The position numbers and the translations under genes were made by a program. This document shows, piece after piece, positions 53,137 to 64,000 of a stretch of DNA of 64,000 nt. Position 1 is the stretch's first letter, and the number at the start of each line of letters is the position of its first letter. The notes under the pieces are model-generated. The model saw nothing but the letters and a program-made list of their open reading frames with translations, had not been told where the DNA came from and made no database searches. Where the stretch lies: NCBI GenBank assembly GCA_000165345.1, contig CM000430.1:608001-672000 (forward strand). Reading direction: 5' to 3'.

Positions 53137-54213
53137 TTAAGATTGCTGGTTAATCTTGCTATTTTTACAAACATTTTCATCATTATTGCTATAACTTTCA
53201 ACATTTAAGTTTTTATTTGGATTTTCAGTTAAAGAAATCTCTTGGGTAAGAGTTTCTCCAGATGTATATTTGGTGATAAAAGGATGTTTGAGCATATCAG
53301 CAATAGTGATCCTGTTTTGAGGTAATTTTTGTAGTGCTGAATGAATGAATCCAACCAAAATTGGAGACCAGTGAGGTGAATATTCGGGCTGTTTGTTTTG
53401 AATCAAGTAGTACTGAACATTATGCCCCTGATTTGAAGGAAAAGGAGGTTCACCCTTAACTAGCTCATAGCATAAAACTCCCAAAGACCAAATGTCTACT
53501 TCTGGTCCGTACTCTTGCTTCCTAGTGATCTCTGGCGGGAGGTAATCGTAGGTCCCGCAAAATGTTCTCCTTCTACTCTTGTTATTGTTAATATGTGAAG
53601 ACCAACCAAAATCTGCAAGCTTGAGTTGGCCATCCACTCCTATCAAAATATTTTCAGGTTTTATATCTCTGTGAATAACATGTTTCCTATGACAACACTG
53701 AATAGCTTCAATCATCATCTTCATATATCTTGCAGCTTGGTATTCCTTGAGTGGCCCATCTGTACACAACTTTTCGTAAAGCTCTCCACCTGGAGCTATC
53801 TCTATTACAAGCCAAATTCTGCTCTTATCTTCAAACCATGCGTAGAGTTGGAGGATATTTTCATGCTTTAAATGCGCCTGAATCTCAATTTCTCTTCTAA
53901 CTTGAACTTCCATCCCGCTCTTTACGAGATTCTTCTTCCTAAGTACTTTTAAACCAACAATATACTTTGTTCTTCTTTCTCTTGCCAAATAAACTGACCC
54001 AAATTGGCCACTACCTAACTTTCTACCAATATCGAAATCTGAAATACTTAATTCTGGGCAGTGCAAAGGACATGCTAAAGCCAAATCTGAGATTGAATAC
54101 ATTCTTGGAGCTCGTAAATATGGTGAATTTCTTCTTATGACCCTGGTTGTTGTCATTCTCTTTTCACTTCCATTCATCTCCTCATTTATTGCCATTTTTG
54201 TATGCTCTGACAT
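53137..54213 (-). CDS. Aurora/Ipl1-family serine/threonine protein kinase, about 358 aa
   Basis: The track start is a GTG, and the first ATG (54213) gives MSEHTK.... Kinase motifs are GRKLGSGQFGSVYLA, VGLKVL, HRDIKPENILI, DFGWS, TFCGTYDYLPPE and the Aurora-type activation loop. Confidence 0.8.
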   Translation of the reverse strand: MSEHTKMAINEEMNGSEKRMTTTRVIRRNSPYLRAPRMYSISDLALACPLHCPELSISDFDIGRKLGSGQFGSVYLARERRTKYIVGLKVLRKKNLVKSGMEVQVRREIEIQAHLKHENILQLYAWFEDKSRIWLVIEIAPGGELYEKLCTDGPLKEYQAARYMKMMIEAIQCCHRKHVIHRDIKPENILIGVDGQLKLADFGWSSHINNNKSRRRTFCGTYDYLPPEITRKQEYGPEVDIWSLGVLCYELVKGEPPFPSNQGHNVQYYLIQNKQPEYSPHWSPILVGFIHSALQKLPQNRITIADMLKHPFITKYTSGETLTQEISLTENPNKNLNVESYSNNDENVCKNSKINQQS

Positions 54214-55111
54214 TTTCACAGTTCAATCTGTTTTAAATATAATTCCTACCTGCTATTGAAATTCAACAATTAATTCTCTTCTTCCACCCAACATACAACA
54301 CCACTTCAGTTTATTCTTCACCTATTTGTCTCACCACCCCCTTTCAGTATAGGGGAATTAAGAGAATTATAGCTTTTCTTCTACCCTCTTATATTTTCCT
54401 CCCACTCGGTATTAATTCTTTCTTTCTTAGTTTCTTTCTATATACCACTTTAATGAGAATATGGCACTCTTCTTTGTTCTACTTTATCTCAAATCTTTAA
54501 CTCTGTAATTACTACAATTCTATATTTTCCCTTCGTTCCTACTTTTTTTTCCTTATTCTCCATTCAATTCACCCCACATAATATTCGAACTTATTTCCCG
54601 CCTAGTTTCTTATGCATTTAATATTATTTGTTAATTTTCACGTTTTTAATTGTAAAATGCAATAGTTACTCTACATTCTTTTCTTTTAGTAGCTCTCCAT
54701 AATTTCTTTTCCTATTAACATTTTTCTAAAACCTAAGCAATTTTTGTGGTTATCCTTGTTTTTATCATTTTTTTTTCATGGCTTTGGTTCCTCAATTTTT
54801 GCTTTTCCCCCACCTCACATTTAAACTAGCTGCTTCAAGTTCTATTCTAATTTTGCATGTTTTACCGCCAAAAAGTTTAAAGTTCATTTTATTTAGAAGT
54901 GGACTGGCGGTATAATGAAATCGTATTTATTTGAGATTGGGAGTAATAAAATTGAGGGGATGAGAATTCAGTTGAACTGAGATAAATATTTGCTTTTTTT
55001 TTCTAAAATTGAGTGTTGATTTACTTATTTTGCCCAAATAAGCAGGCCTCTTGTGTTAAGAAAAAAGATTTAATAAATTGGTCCATTGGGCTGTTTTATC
55101 ATTAAGAAAGA

Positions 55112-56815
55112 ATGCCAGAACTTTATGAACTTCCATCATATTCAGCATTGAAAGAATATGCAAACAAACAAAAATGCATACACCTGAGAGATCTCCTTAA
55201 AAATGAAGTCAGAAATTCGTGTTTAACTGTCAATTTTGGAGAGATTTTTATGGATTTTACAAGACAAAACTTAGATGAAGAAGGTTTCGAGCTTTTGATT
55301 AAATTAGCAGCAGAATCGAATTTGATGGAAAAAATTAAGTTGCAGCTCAAAGGTGGGATTATTAATAGTACAGAAAAGAGAGCAGTCTTACACACTGCTC
55401 TACGTTCAAAAAGTAATATTCCTATTACTCTTTCCTCCGGTCAGAACGTACTAAATGATGTAAATGAGGTAAATAGACGAATTTTCAAGTTTGCAAATGC
55501 TATAAGAAAAGGTGAGCTTCTTGGCTCCACAGGAAAAATACTGAAAGACGTTATCTGTATTGGAATTGGAGGTAGTTACCTTGGACCTGAGTTTGTCTAT
55601 GAGGCATTAAGAACAACTCAGGAAGGCTTTGAAGCTTCCATGGGAAGAAGACTACGCTTTTTAGCTAATGTTGATCCTATAGACATTAGAAGAGCTACTG
55701 AAGGATTACATCCTGAAACTACTCTTGTTATTATTGTTAGCAAAACTTTCACAACAGCTGAAACCATTCTTAATGCAAAAACTATTAAAGAATGGCTACA
55801 CAAAGCTCTTAAAAGTGAAACTGCAGTAAGTAAGCATCTTGCTGCGGTTAGTACTAATATTAAGGCTACCTCCGATTTTGGAATTCCTGTTGACCACGTA
55901 TTTGGATTTTGGGATTGGGTTGGTGGTAGGTTTTCTGTCTGCAGTGCAGTTGGTCTTGTTCCGCTTTCAATCCATTTTGGCGCCAACCTCGTGCAGGAAT
56001 TTTTGGATGGCTGTTGGGACATGGACCAACATTATGAAACTGCTCCAGTTAGTAAGAATTTACCAGTCTTATTGGGTCTTCTTAGTGTCTATAATTCGAC
56101 ATTTATGGATAAGAGTTGTGTTGCAGTTCTCCCATATTGTCAGGCACTATGCAAATTCCCTGCACATGTACAACAATTACTTATGGAGAGTAATGGAAAG
56201 AGTTCAAGTATTGATGGAAATATGCTTCATGATAAGATTAAGACTGGCGCCATATTCTTTGGCGAGCCAGGCACTAATGCTCAACACAGTTTTTATCAGC
56301 TTTTGCATCAAGGCAGAAATACAACAAATTGCGAGTTTATTGGATTTGCAAAATCTCAATGCGACTCTCAGATCTTAGGTGATCCAATTTCTAATCATGA
56401 TGAGCTAATGTGTAATTTCTTTGCTCAGCCTGATGCATTGGCAATTGGTAAAACTCAGAGAGAGTTGAATCTAGAGGATTGTCCGGAAAATCTGATTCCT
56501 CATAAGTTATTCCAAGGAAATAGATCTTCTATTTCTCTCTTATTACCAATCTGTAGTGCATATTATATTGGCCAACTTCTTGCACTGTATGAACACAGAA
56601 CTGCAGTGGAGGGATTTATTCTAAATATTAACAGCTTTGATCAATATGGGGTGGAACTTGGTAAGGTTCTTGCTAAAGATATAAGAAACATTATTTCACT
56701 AAAAAAGACCAATTCATCTCCTGAAATTATTCAAAATAAGGAGGATAAGATTCCTGGGCCTACCAGGAGATTAATTGACTTATATTTGAGGGTTTCAAAG
56801 AGCCTGACGAATTGA
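55112..56815 (+). CDS. PGI: Glucose-6-phosphate isomerase (phosphoglucose isomerase), 567 aa
   Basis: ATG at 55112. Conserved PGI blocks are present: DFTRQNLDEEGFELL, GIGGSYLGPEFV, SKTFTTAET, GGRFSVCSAVG, and the C-terminal catalytic region ESNGKS...HQG. Confidence 0.9.
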   Translation: MPELYELPSYSALKEYANKQKCIHLRDLLKNEVRNSCLTVNFGEIFMDFTRQNLDEEGFELLIKLAAESNLMEKIKLQLKGGIINSTEKRAVLHTALRSKSNIPITLSSGQNVLNDVNEVNRRIFKFANAIRKGELLGSTGKILKDVICIGIGGSYLGPEFVYEALRTTQEGFEASMGRRLRFLANVDPIDIRRATEGLHPETTLVIIVSKTFTTAETILNAKTIKEWLHKALKSETAVSKHLAAVSTNIKATSDFGIPVDHVFGFWDWVGGRFSVCSAVGLVPLSIHFGANLVQEFLDGCWDMDQHYETAPVSKNLPVLLGLLSVYNSTFMDKSCVAVLPYCQALCKFPAHVQQLLMESNGKSSSIDGNMLHDKIKTGAIFFGEPGTNAQHSFYQLLHQGRNTTNCEFIGFAKSQCDSQILGDPISNHDELMCNFFAQPDALAIGKTQRELNLEDCPENLIPHKLFQGNRSSISLLLPICSAYYIGQLLALYEHRTAVEGFILNINSFDQYGVELGKVLAKDIRNIISLKKTNSSPEIIQNKEDKIPGPTRRLIDLYLRVSKSLTN

Positions 56816-57061
56816 ATATTGAATAATACAACCAGAATAATAAGTTGTACCTCAATTCGTTAAAGTTGTATATTTCCCCAAGAACTTATCGTTTATATAG
56901 AGTCTTATATAAGAGATCAACTAGGCTTTTAGTAAGGCTAAAGTTTTTGAAAATCTTATAAATTAACTTTAGATAATTTGAGGAAGAAAGGGTTCAAGTA
57001 CTTATTATCGTCTATACTAAATTCTAGTTACTTTTAATGTCTTAAGCTTAGGAATTATAAG

Positions 57062-58024
57062 TTAATCCTTGATTATTTCCAAGTCATGATTAATATAATA
57101 ATAAAAGTCTTCTCTAGCTTTATTTTGAGCAATTGCTAATTTGTACTTATTGGATTTGAGAATACTCATTACGTCTTTAAGGTACTCACCACTTAGACTT
57201 TTTGGTTTCTTGATTAAATCAGTAGTAATTAATCCATGGGCTGGAGAAACCACAGTAGGTTCTATTAACTTCCAAAAATGTTTGGGTTTAACAGAATAAT
57301 TATATTTACCATCAATTTCCAAATTATTTATATGACGGGTTATTCTTAGCAAACTTTTATTCAATCTAGAAAGTGCCTGGCTTTTCCTTATATACATTGC
57401 CTTTGAAAAGAATCCTTTAGACTTGTTTTCCGTTTTCAGGTTATTATAAGCCTGCAAATATGAAGAAAGAATAAGAGGATAAAATGAATAGTATGTCCAT
57501 CTGATGTTTGTTGGAAATTCCTTATATAATAATGATTTGATGATAGTTACACTAGCAATGATACTTGCAGAAGCAATACTTCTTTCTTGGTTAAGTTTAA
57601 GTATCTTATGTTTCTTAATTCCTGTAGAAATTAATGTATTCTTTTTTTGCCTTTTAGATAATTCAAGAGAATATTCAGCAAATTTGATTCCGCTTTTAAT
57701 AATACGGTGATATTTAGCCTTATCATTATCAAAGTTACGGATTGTGTTATTGAAAGTAATATCTTCAATACTAAAATGTCTCATCATTCTCGTATCAAAC
57801 TTGACAAAAGAGTCTTCTTCTGCTTCATAAGATTTTTTCTTGTTAGGATAATCTTCAACCGATGGGAAGTCAGAAAGTAAGGTCTCTCTATTTTGGTCTT
57901 CAAAATTACCGTTTAAGCTTTTATCATGTTCAATTCCTGACAATATATTTTCCATAATTTGGTTATCAGCTTCCAAATCAACTCCAAATGAAATACCACC
58001 TTCACCATATTCATTATTTTTCAA
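57062..58024 (-). CDS. Hypothetical protein (320-aa ORF), possibly with an upstream signal-peptide exon
   Basis: The ORF begins at a TTG, and its first in-frame ATG is about 23 codons in. An upstream candidate exon and 229-nt intron would add an N-terminal signal peptide (see findings). No recognised domain. Confidence 0.5.
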   Translation of the reverse strand: MKNNEYGEGGISFGVDLEADNQIMENILSGIEHDKSLNGNFEDQNRETLLSDFPSVEDYPNKKKSYEAEEDSFVKFDTRMMRHFSIEDITFNNTIRNFDNDKAKYHRIIKSGIKFAEYSLELSKRQKKNTLISTGIKKHKILKLNQERSIASASIIASVTIIKSLLYKEFPTNIRWTYYSFYPLILSSYLQAYNNLKTENKSKGFFSKAMYIRKSQALSRLNKSLLRITRHINNLEIDGKYNYSVKPKHFWKLIEPTVVSPAHGLITTDLIKKPKSLSGEYLKDVMSILKSNKYKLAIAQNKAREDFYYYINHDLEIIKD

Positions 58025-58940
58025 TTCATAAGATCTAAAAAAATCAAAAATTGAATATTTTCAAGTTTTTAGTAATTAGAAATTTTAAGTCTCAATTTCA
58101 GGCGCCATGTAACTCTACAATTTGCAGTTGATTTATTTCATGCATATACATGCAAATTCAAATGCAAAATATAACAAAAATTTCCGGTATGGTTAACTAT
58201 TTTATATTGAGTGTTTCAAATTTGACTTTTGAAATTGAGATTCAATAAAATATATAAGCTTACCTGACAAAAAAATTATGAAGTCCATTTTGAAGAGAGT
58301 TCTTGGAAGAAAATAAGGAAATAAAGAAAAAAAGAGTATTGATAATATTTCTCGAGGCTGTCATTTTTGCTTGAGGGATAACAATAGAGTTTAGACGAAA
58401 AATACGTAATTTTAAAATTTAATTGGTTTTTTTTTTATTGTTGTTAATGTTGATCTAATTCTTTTTTTTCTTCTTCTTGAATTAGTTTACCATTACCTGT
58501 TGTTCTTTTCTATTACTTATTAAAATTTCCTCTAGAAATAATAATTCTTTCTTATTGTGGAAATATTCTTATATATTCAAAAATATTTGTTTTTCCCACC
58601 TTTACTAATATAATATTATTTTAAAATGATATTTTTTTTAGATTAAATCCTAATTACTTGGGTAGATCCCGCCAAACATGCAAAATTTTCAAGATTATTA
58701 ACTTTTTAAAATATGGGGGGCAGATCGTGAATTTTAATTAATATAAATAGTGAGCGGGCGTACAGGATACTGACAGAATGACATAAACAGCAAGAAATAA
58801 AAGAGCTAACAGAAGAATAGTATTTAAGTAAGCAAAGATCTAGTCTTACTGTTTGTTTGCTTTTTCTTTCACTCTTTTACCCACTTTATTAATTATTTAA
58901 TTGCAACATTTGCATTAAGCTATTTAAAAAACTAATTCAT

Positions 58941-58972
58941 CCCGCCACATAATGCCGCCGCATGTTGCCGCC
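58941..58972. promoter_or_regulatory. Three G/CCCGCC boxes with exact 13-bp periodicity upstream of LSM14
   Basis: CCCGCCacataatGCCGCCgcatgttGCCGCCtaattcg has box starts at 58941, 58954 and 58967. Confidence 0.4.
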
Positions 58973-59608
58973 TAATTCGGTACCTCACTATTATATGGAA
59001 AAAACCAACTTTACAATAAGCTGTGTCTTGTGATTAAAGGATATTTAATAAACAGCAATGCCCACGTTAAAATAGAATATAGTATTAATTAATAATAAGG
59101 GCTTGAAAAAAAATATAAGTTAATTAATTGTAAATATATATGTATTCATATAATTTATTTTTATATATGAATTAAAACAGAGTAAAAGGTTTAATATTGC
59201 CAAGGGAAGAAGGAAAAAAAAAAAAAGAAAGAGAACGTGAGATTATTATTTTATTTATTCAAATAAATATATCACGGTTGCCTTGAGAAGGAAGTGGGCT
59301 TTAACTATTGTAGTATTAGTTACCACTGTAAAAGATTACGTAAATCTCTCAAAATTCTTTTTTGAATTGGTCTTATATTTCCACTTAAATCAATTGAATG
59401 GAAAAATACTAAATCACAATTAGAGTAAATACTGAAATTCATTAATATATGTAAATATATATAAATATATATATTTATATATATTAAATGTAAATTTATC
59501 TGTACAAATATTTATAGTAATAATCGTATTTAAGCATAAACATAGATAATAATAATATTAATAATAAACATCTATATTTTGTTATAACAGAGGTAATACA
59601 AGATAAAG

Positions 59609-60742
59609 ATGGTTCACGAATATATTGGAAGCAAAATTACAATAATTTCTCGTAATGATAAAAGATATGAAGGTGTCTTGCACTCTATAGATGTTGACAA
59701 GTCCACTATCACTTTAAAAGATGTTAGATACTTTGAGAATGGTCCAAATGGTGCTCCTGGGCCTGCATCATCAACCGTTTTTGAGATGATTGTTTTTAGA
59801 GGAAGTGACATTACAGATCTTGCAGTTTGTCAGCCGGCAGCGGCAACAAACAATAATGGACTTCCAAATGATCCTGCGATATTATCAGTTAATGGAGGAT
59901 CAGGGACTACTTCAGCTCAGAGCCAAGGTCAGAGTCATGTCGCTGATACTAGCAGTGTTAATCAGCAAAAACCACTTGAAACTAGTTCAAGTAACTCTAG
60001 ACGTTCCCCTAAAATGAGCTATAGCAATGCTGTATCCGGAGGAAAACCCTCAGGCACTAATCAAGGGAGCTCATCAATCTCGAACGGACGCAAAGATCAT
60101 TCCAGGAATAGACAAAGAGGTGGTGGATATTCAGGAAAATCTTATAAAGGTAGCGGAGGAAGCTCTCATTATAACAATGGTGGAGGTAGTCAAAGGTCTT
60201 TCATTGTTGGAGAACTAAAGCCTAGAATTAATCAGGCTCTCAAAGCAGAACTTGATACTGAATTTGATTTTTCCGAACAAAATAAGAAATTCGAGAAAAC
60301 GCTCAATGAAGGACTTGCTTCTGCTCAAACGGAACAGGGAGTTAAATTAGAAGGTACCATTTCAGATACCGGTAACAAATCTGGAGCTATGAATACAGGT
60401 CTAGGTATTAGTGGAAATTCTAATGCAAGTAATGATACTACTGATGATGACCCATCCAAAAAACTAACGGTTGGAGGATACAACAAAGTTTCTGGATTCT
60501 TTGATAGCATTTCCTGTGAAACTTTAGATCCTGAGCGCTCAAAAAAACCTCAAGGTTCATCTGATCCCCAAGCTAAAGCCCTCAGAGAAAAACAAAAACA
60601 AATAGACAAGGAAACCTTTGGAACGTCAGCTGTAAAACCTCGTACTGGGTCCTATAACAGAGGTTCTCATCATAGAAGAGGTGGAGGAAGTCATAGAGGT
60701 GGATATCATGGAAATAACAGATTCAATAAAAGAGAGGCATAA
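59609..60742 (+). CDS. LSM14: LSM14/Scd6/RAP55-family RNA-binding protein, 377 aa
   Basis: The N-terminal Lsm14 Sm-like domain reads IGSKITIISRNDKRYEGVLHSIDVDKSTITLKDVRYFENG. It is followed by an FDF motif (TEFDFSEQNKKFEK), FFD and TFG boxes (SGFFDSIS, KETFGTS) and a C-terminal RGG-rich tail. Confidence 0.85.
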   Translation: MVHEYIGSKITIISRNDKRYEGVLHSIDVDKSTITLKDVRYFENGPNGAPGPASSTVFEMIVFRGSDITDLAVCQPAAATNNNGLPNDPAILSVNGGSGTTSAQSQGQSHVADTSSVNQQKPLETSSSNSRRSPKMSYSNAVSGGKPSGTNQGSSSISNGRKDHSRNRQRGGGYSGKSYKGSGGSSHYNNGGGSQRSFIVGELKPRINQALKAELDTEFDFSEQNKKFEKTLNEGLASAQTEQGVKLEGTISDTGNKSGAMNTGLGISGNSNASNDTTDDDPSKKLTVGGYNKVSGFFDSISCETLDPERSKKPQGSSDPQAKALREKQKQIDKETFGTSAVKPRTGSYNRGSHHRRGGGSHRGGYHGNNRFNKREA

Positions 60743-61752
60743 TTTTTTTTATTCGGCCCACCAAAACTTAACCGCAGTGAATGCATGCACGTAATTCTCA
60801 TTATGTCATTTTGTATGTTACGTGGCAGGCGGGAACATATATTTATTAAATATTTTTTACTTTAAGTAGATATTGGGGGAATTAATTTGAAGTATTTGGG
60901 AGCCTTTTTATTGCTAAAGGTTCACTAATGTTTATTTTTCCTTTTTCTTTGTTGATTATGATTCACTAGATCACATCTAATCCTTCTATCTCCTTTTTTA
61001 CTCTTGTTTTTCTATTTTAATATTATCATATTCCACCTTTTTTCCCTCGCCCTCCCCAGTTGCATCTCTCTTGCCTTGGTAAATCCTAAAGGGTCTGACA
61101 CCATCGGGAAGATGGAAATATACTCCTTTGTCATGCATTCAAATTAAGATCCACTCCCTCCCCCATCACTACACACTTTTTTACTATGTAAAGTTTAATT
61201 TTTTAGGGCTTTAGTAATCAAATTAAATATTTTTTTAAATTTACGCCCAAAAGGCGGGAACATGCAGGATATTAAATTAGTTTGTTACTTATTTAAATTA
61301 TATTAATAATAAATACGTGTAAGGTACCGGTAATAATATATATAAATCGTATTAATATTGTGGTTAAATTTCAAATATTAGAGAAATAAGTACGAAGCTT
61401 TGCAAAAATTGGTAAAACCTCCCTATATAAATATATTTATATATTGAGGGGAGTTTCAGAATTAAATAAAGAGGAAAAAGGTGATAATAAGGAAGACTAT
61501 TTCGGAGATTAATCTCCATTGGGTAAAGTGAACGGAATTAAAAGGTAATAGTTAAATTCTGCGCTTCATCACTTAAAGAATCTAATTTGGAATAGGAATA
61601 ATAAATTCCTATAAGGTTCAAGCAAAGAATAAATAAACAGGAAAAGTGGTATCATAATTATTAAGAATCTTAAATACTAAATTGTGAGGAGTGGTTTTGA
61701 CACAGTTTTCAGAGTAGATAATTACTGTCTTTAAATTCATGGCAAATCAAAG

Positions 61753-63558
61753 ATGCTCTGCGTTTTATTCGTGCTAAGATTAGTATTGTTAATAGTAATA
61801 CCAGTAATTGCAGGAAAAGATTACTATAAGATTTTAGGGGTTCCAAGAAATGCAAATGAGAACCAAATAAAACGAGCATACAGAAAGTTAAGCTTAAAAT
61901 ACCATCCAGACAAAAATCCTGGCTCTAAAGAGAAATTCATGGAAGTTGCAAATGCATATGAGGTTTTAGTCAATCCTGAAACAAGACGTAAATACGATGC
62001 TTTTGGAGAAGAGGGATTAAAGTCTGAAGGATTTGGTGGAGGAGGAGATGGAGGATTTGATTTTGGTGGATTTGGTGGATTTGGAGGCTTTGGGGACTTC
62101 GGAGGTTTCAAGTTTAGTGCAGGAGGCAATACTTTCCATTTTGGAGGGGGAGGACCATTTGGTTTTGGAGGAGGTGGTGGAGGTAGGCGTCAGGGAAGTA
62201 ATTCAAGATCTCATTTTGAATCTCAAGGAAGCTCCTATAACAACTTGTATTCGGACTCAAAACATGTTACTGAACTTTCAACAATGTCAGCTGGTGAAAT
62301 CAAGGATAAGATCAAATCCAGAGAATGGATTATGATTGTTAACTTCTATAGGCCTGGATGTGGACCCTGTAAGCAGCTAGTACAAGCCTATGGAAATATA
62401 GCAAAACTAATGTCCCAGTATGATGTAGAATTTGGAGCAGTTAATTGCGATACCCATTTTCAACTTTGTCAATCCTATAATATTGAGAAGTACCCTCACC
62501 TATCCATGTTTATTAAAGGTAAAAATAGCCAAATAGTCTTTAATCCAAGTCCTGGATCTAAGAATCCATATAGTGAATCAAATATAGGCAAATGGATAAC
62601 AGAAAAAATGCCAGATCACTCTATGCGTCTCAATTCTTATAACCAAGCGATTCAATGGCTTAGACTTGGGAAGCATATTCCAAAAGCAGTTTTGTTCACA
62701 AACAAAGACTCTTCCTCTCCTTTACTCAAAAAGATTGCAAAAGATTTCCAGAATAGACTAAACCTAGCAATTGTCTCGATTAATAATGACTGGCTGAAAA
62801 AGATATTCTTTGCATCACCCCACATGGAAGCTTCAAAACCCGCAAATCCCCCTTATATTCTCTCAGTAGATGAAATTAATGAATCTGGAAATAAAGTTGG
62901 AGGAAAAGCCACAGAATCATCATCAATAACTGCCTCTGGAGAATGGATTTCTCTTAATACAATTTCTCATGATGTCATTACTTTAACATTGAGTCGTATT
63001 GTTGGCTCATTTAGAGCAAGGAAACAGCATGACATTAACGAGGCCTTGAAGAGCAAAGTTCAGGAACTTACTTTTGAATTGGTTACTTCCAAAGGGTTCT
63101 GCTCCGAGACTGATTCAAGATTTTGTGTTATTTTAATTATGGAAAAGAATGACTTTAGAATGGATAAGCGTTTTGAAGACCTTTCTTTCAAGTATAGAAA
63201 CGACCCAATAAACTTCTTCTGGATCTCAGCCTTTAGAAATGGCAAAAATAGCCACTTCTTAGATACTTTCAAATGTCATTCTGAGTTTTCACCGTCTTCA
63301 AAAACATGTATTGCCATTTATAGAGCTAAGAGAAGGAAATTTCAAACATTTGATAACCTTGAGCAGCTTCCAAAGTTTATTGATGGACTCCTGGATGGAT
63401 CCCACTCTCTATCATCTAACATCCCTAGATCCACTCCGATCCCTGTTCCAGCAGAGTCAGAGCCAACAGCCTCTTACCAAAACGATGAAGAAGATCACGA
63501 ATATAGTGACTCTGAAGACTCTGACTATGGACAGGAAAGCTCCAGGGATGAACTTTAA
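61753..63558 (+). CDS. ER-type DnaJ (J-domain) protein with Gly/Phe-rich linker and thioredoxin-like CGPC domain, 601 aa
   Basis: The signal peptide is [21 protein letters not shown]. The J domain reads [34 protein letters not shown]. The G/F region is [27 protein letters not shown]. The thioredoxin motif is [18 protein letters not shown]. The C-terminus is acidic. Confidence 0.8.
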   Translation: MLCVLFVLRLVLLIVIPVIAGKDYYKILGVPRNANENQIKRAYRKLSLKYHPDKNPGSKEKFMEVANAYEVLVNPETRRKYDAFGEEGLKSEGFGGGGDGGFDFGGFGGFGGFGDFGGFKFSAGGNTFHFGGGGPFGFGGGGGGRRQGSNSRSHFESQGSSYNNLYSDSKHVTELSTMSAGEIKDKIKSREWIMIVNFYRPGCGPCKQLVQAYGNIAKLMSQYDVEFGAVNCDTHFQLCQSYNIEKYPHLSMFIKGKNSQIVFNPSPGSKNPYSESNIGKWITEKMPDHSMRLNSYNQAIQWLRLGKHIPKAVLFTNKDSSSPLLKKIAKDFQNRLNLAIVSINNDWLKKIFFASPHMEASKPANPPYILSVDEINESGNKVGGKATESSSITASGEWISLNTISHDVITLTLSRIVGSFRARKQHDINEALKSKVQELTFELVTSKGFCSETDSRFCVILIMEKNDFRMDKRFEDLSFKYRNDPINFFWISAFRNGKNSHFLDTFKCHSEFSPSSKTCIAIYRAKRRKFQTFDNLEQLPKFIDGLLDGSHSLSSNIPRSTPIPVPAESEPTASYQNDEEDHEYSDSEDSDYGQESSRDEL

Positions 63559-64000
63559 TATCCCATAACTTTTCCATGCTTGGCATTACAAATTAATAGC
63601 ACCCACACTCACTATACTATTGATTCCTGGTTCCACTACTCACTGGAACCAACTTAATGAATACATTTAAGATAAAGATTAAGTTATAGAGGTATCTTCA
63701 ACTTCGCCTTCAATACAATATGCATATATTTATTAATATTTTCATTTTTTTTTTTAAGTTTTTGTCCAAACTCAAATTTTGTTTGCTGAAATACTGTTTT
63801 TATTATGCATGCACTCCCGCCAACTACATGCAAATTTGCACAGTAAGCTATAAATTATGGCATCTAACCTTTACCAATTGAATTTGGAGGTAAAATGCAA
63901 GCCGCTATTCTTTTCTGTTTCTATAATATAATTCTGGCCACTTTTTTGCTCATTTTCTTTTCTGAATTATTTTTTCTTTTATATAATTCATTTCCTTAGT

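Overview
This 64-kb window is a gene-dense, AT-rich (about 70% AT), compact eukaryotic nuclear segment. Gene content, the rarity and shortness of introns, and the recurring intergenic motifs (E2F-like GGCGCC / GGCGGGAAA boxes and TGCATGCA-type boxes) indicate a Cryptosporidium (C. parvum/hominis-type) chromosome segment; this assignment is an inference from the sequence, not a database hit. About 30 protein-coding genes lie on both strands, separated by spacers of 0.05-1 kb. Recognisable genes include listerin/LTN1, PP5 phosphatase, Rpb7, eL13 and uS9 (S16) ribosomal proteins, NSF, an HMG-box protein, a TSP1/kringle adhesin, RFC small subunit, an Aurora-like kinase, glucose-6-phosphate isomerase, LSM14/Scd6, an ER DnaJ-thioredoxin protein and a TBC Rab-GAP. 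The remainder are parasite-specific secreted or mucin-like proteins. No rRNA, tRNA, CRISPR array or transposon was found. Several genes are split by short GT..AG introns (54-230 nt) that the ORF track does not join: Rpb7, eL13, RFC, an acyltransferase-3-like gene, a coiled-coil gene and a three-gene cysteine-rich cluster. The ORF track also uses TTG/GTG pseudo-starts, so several 5' ends were moved to the first in-frame ATG. Exon-boundary coordinates were counted by hand and can be off by 1-2 nt. The most interesting loci are (i) a cluster at 21.3-24.5 kb of three paralogous small secreted cysteine-rich proteins, each with a signal-peptide first exon; (ii) a protein with a novel C-x-x-N-P-x(3-5)-C repeat beside a roughly 650-bp GTA/AGT microsatellite and a poly-Thr mucin; (iii) a bacterial-type acyltransferase-3 (OafA/NRF-like) membrane protein; (iv) a UFD1-domain / multi-zinc-finger fusion; and (v) a recurring bipartite E2F-like promoter element.
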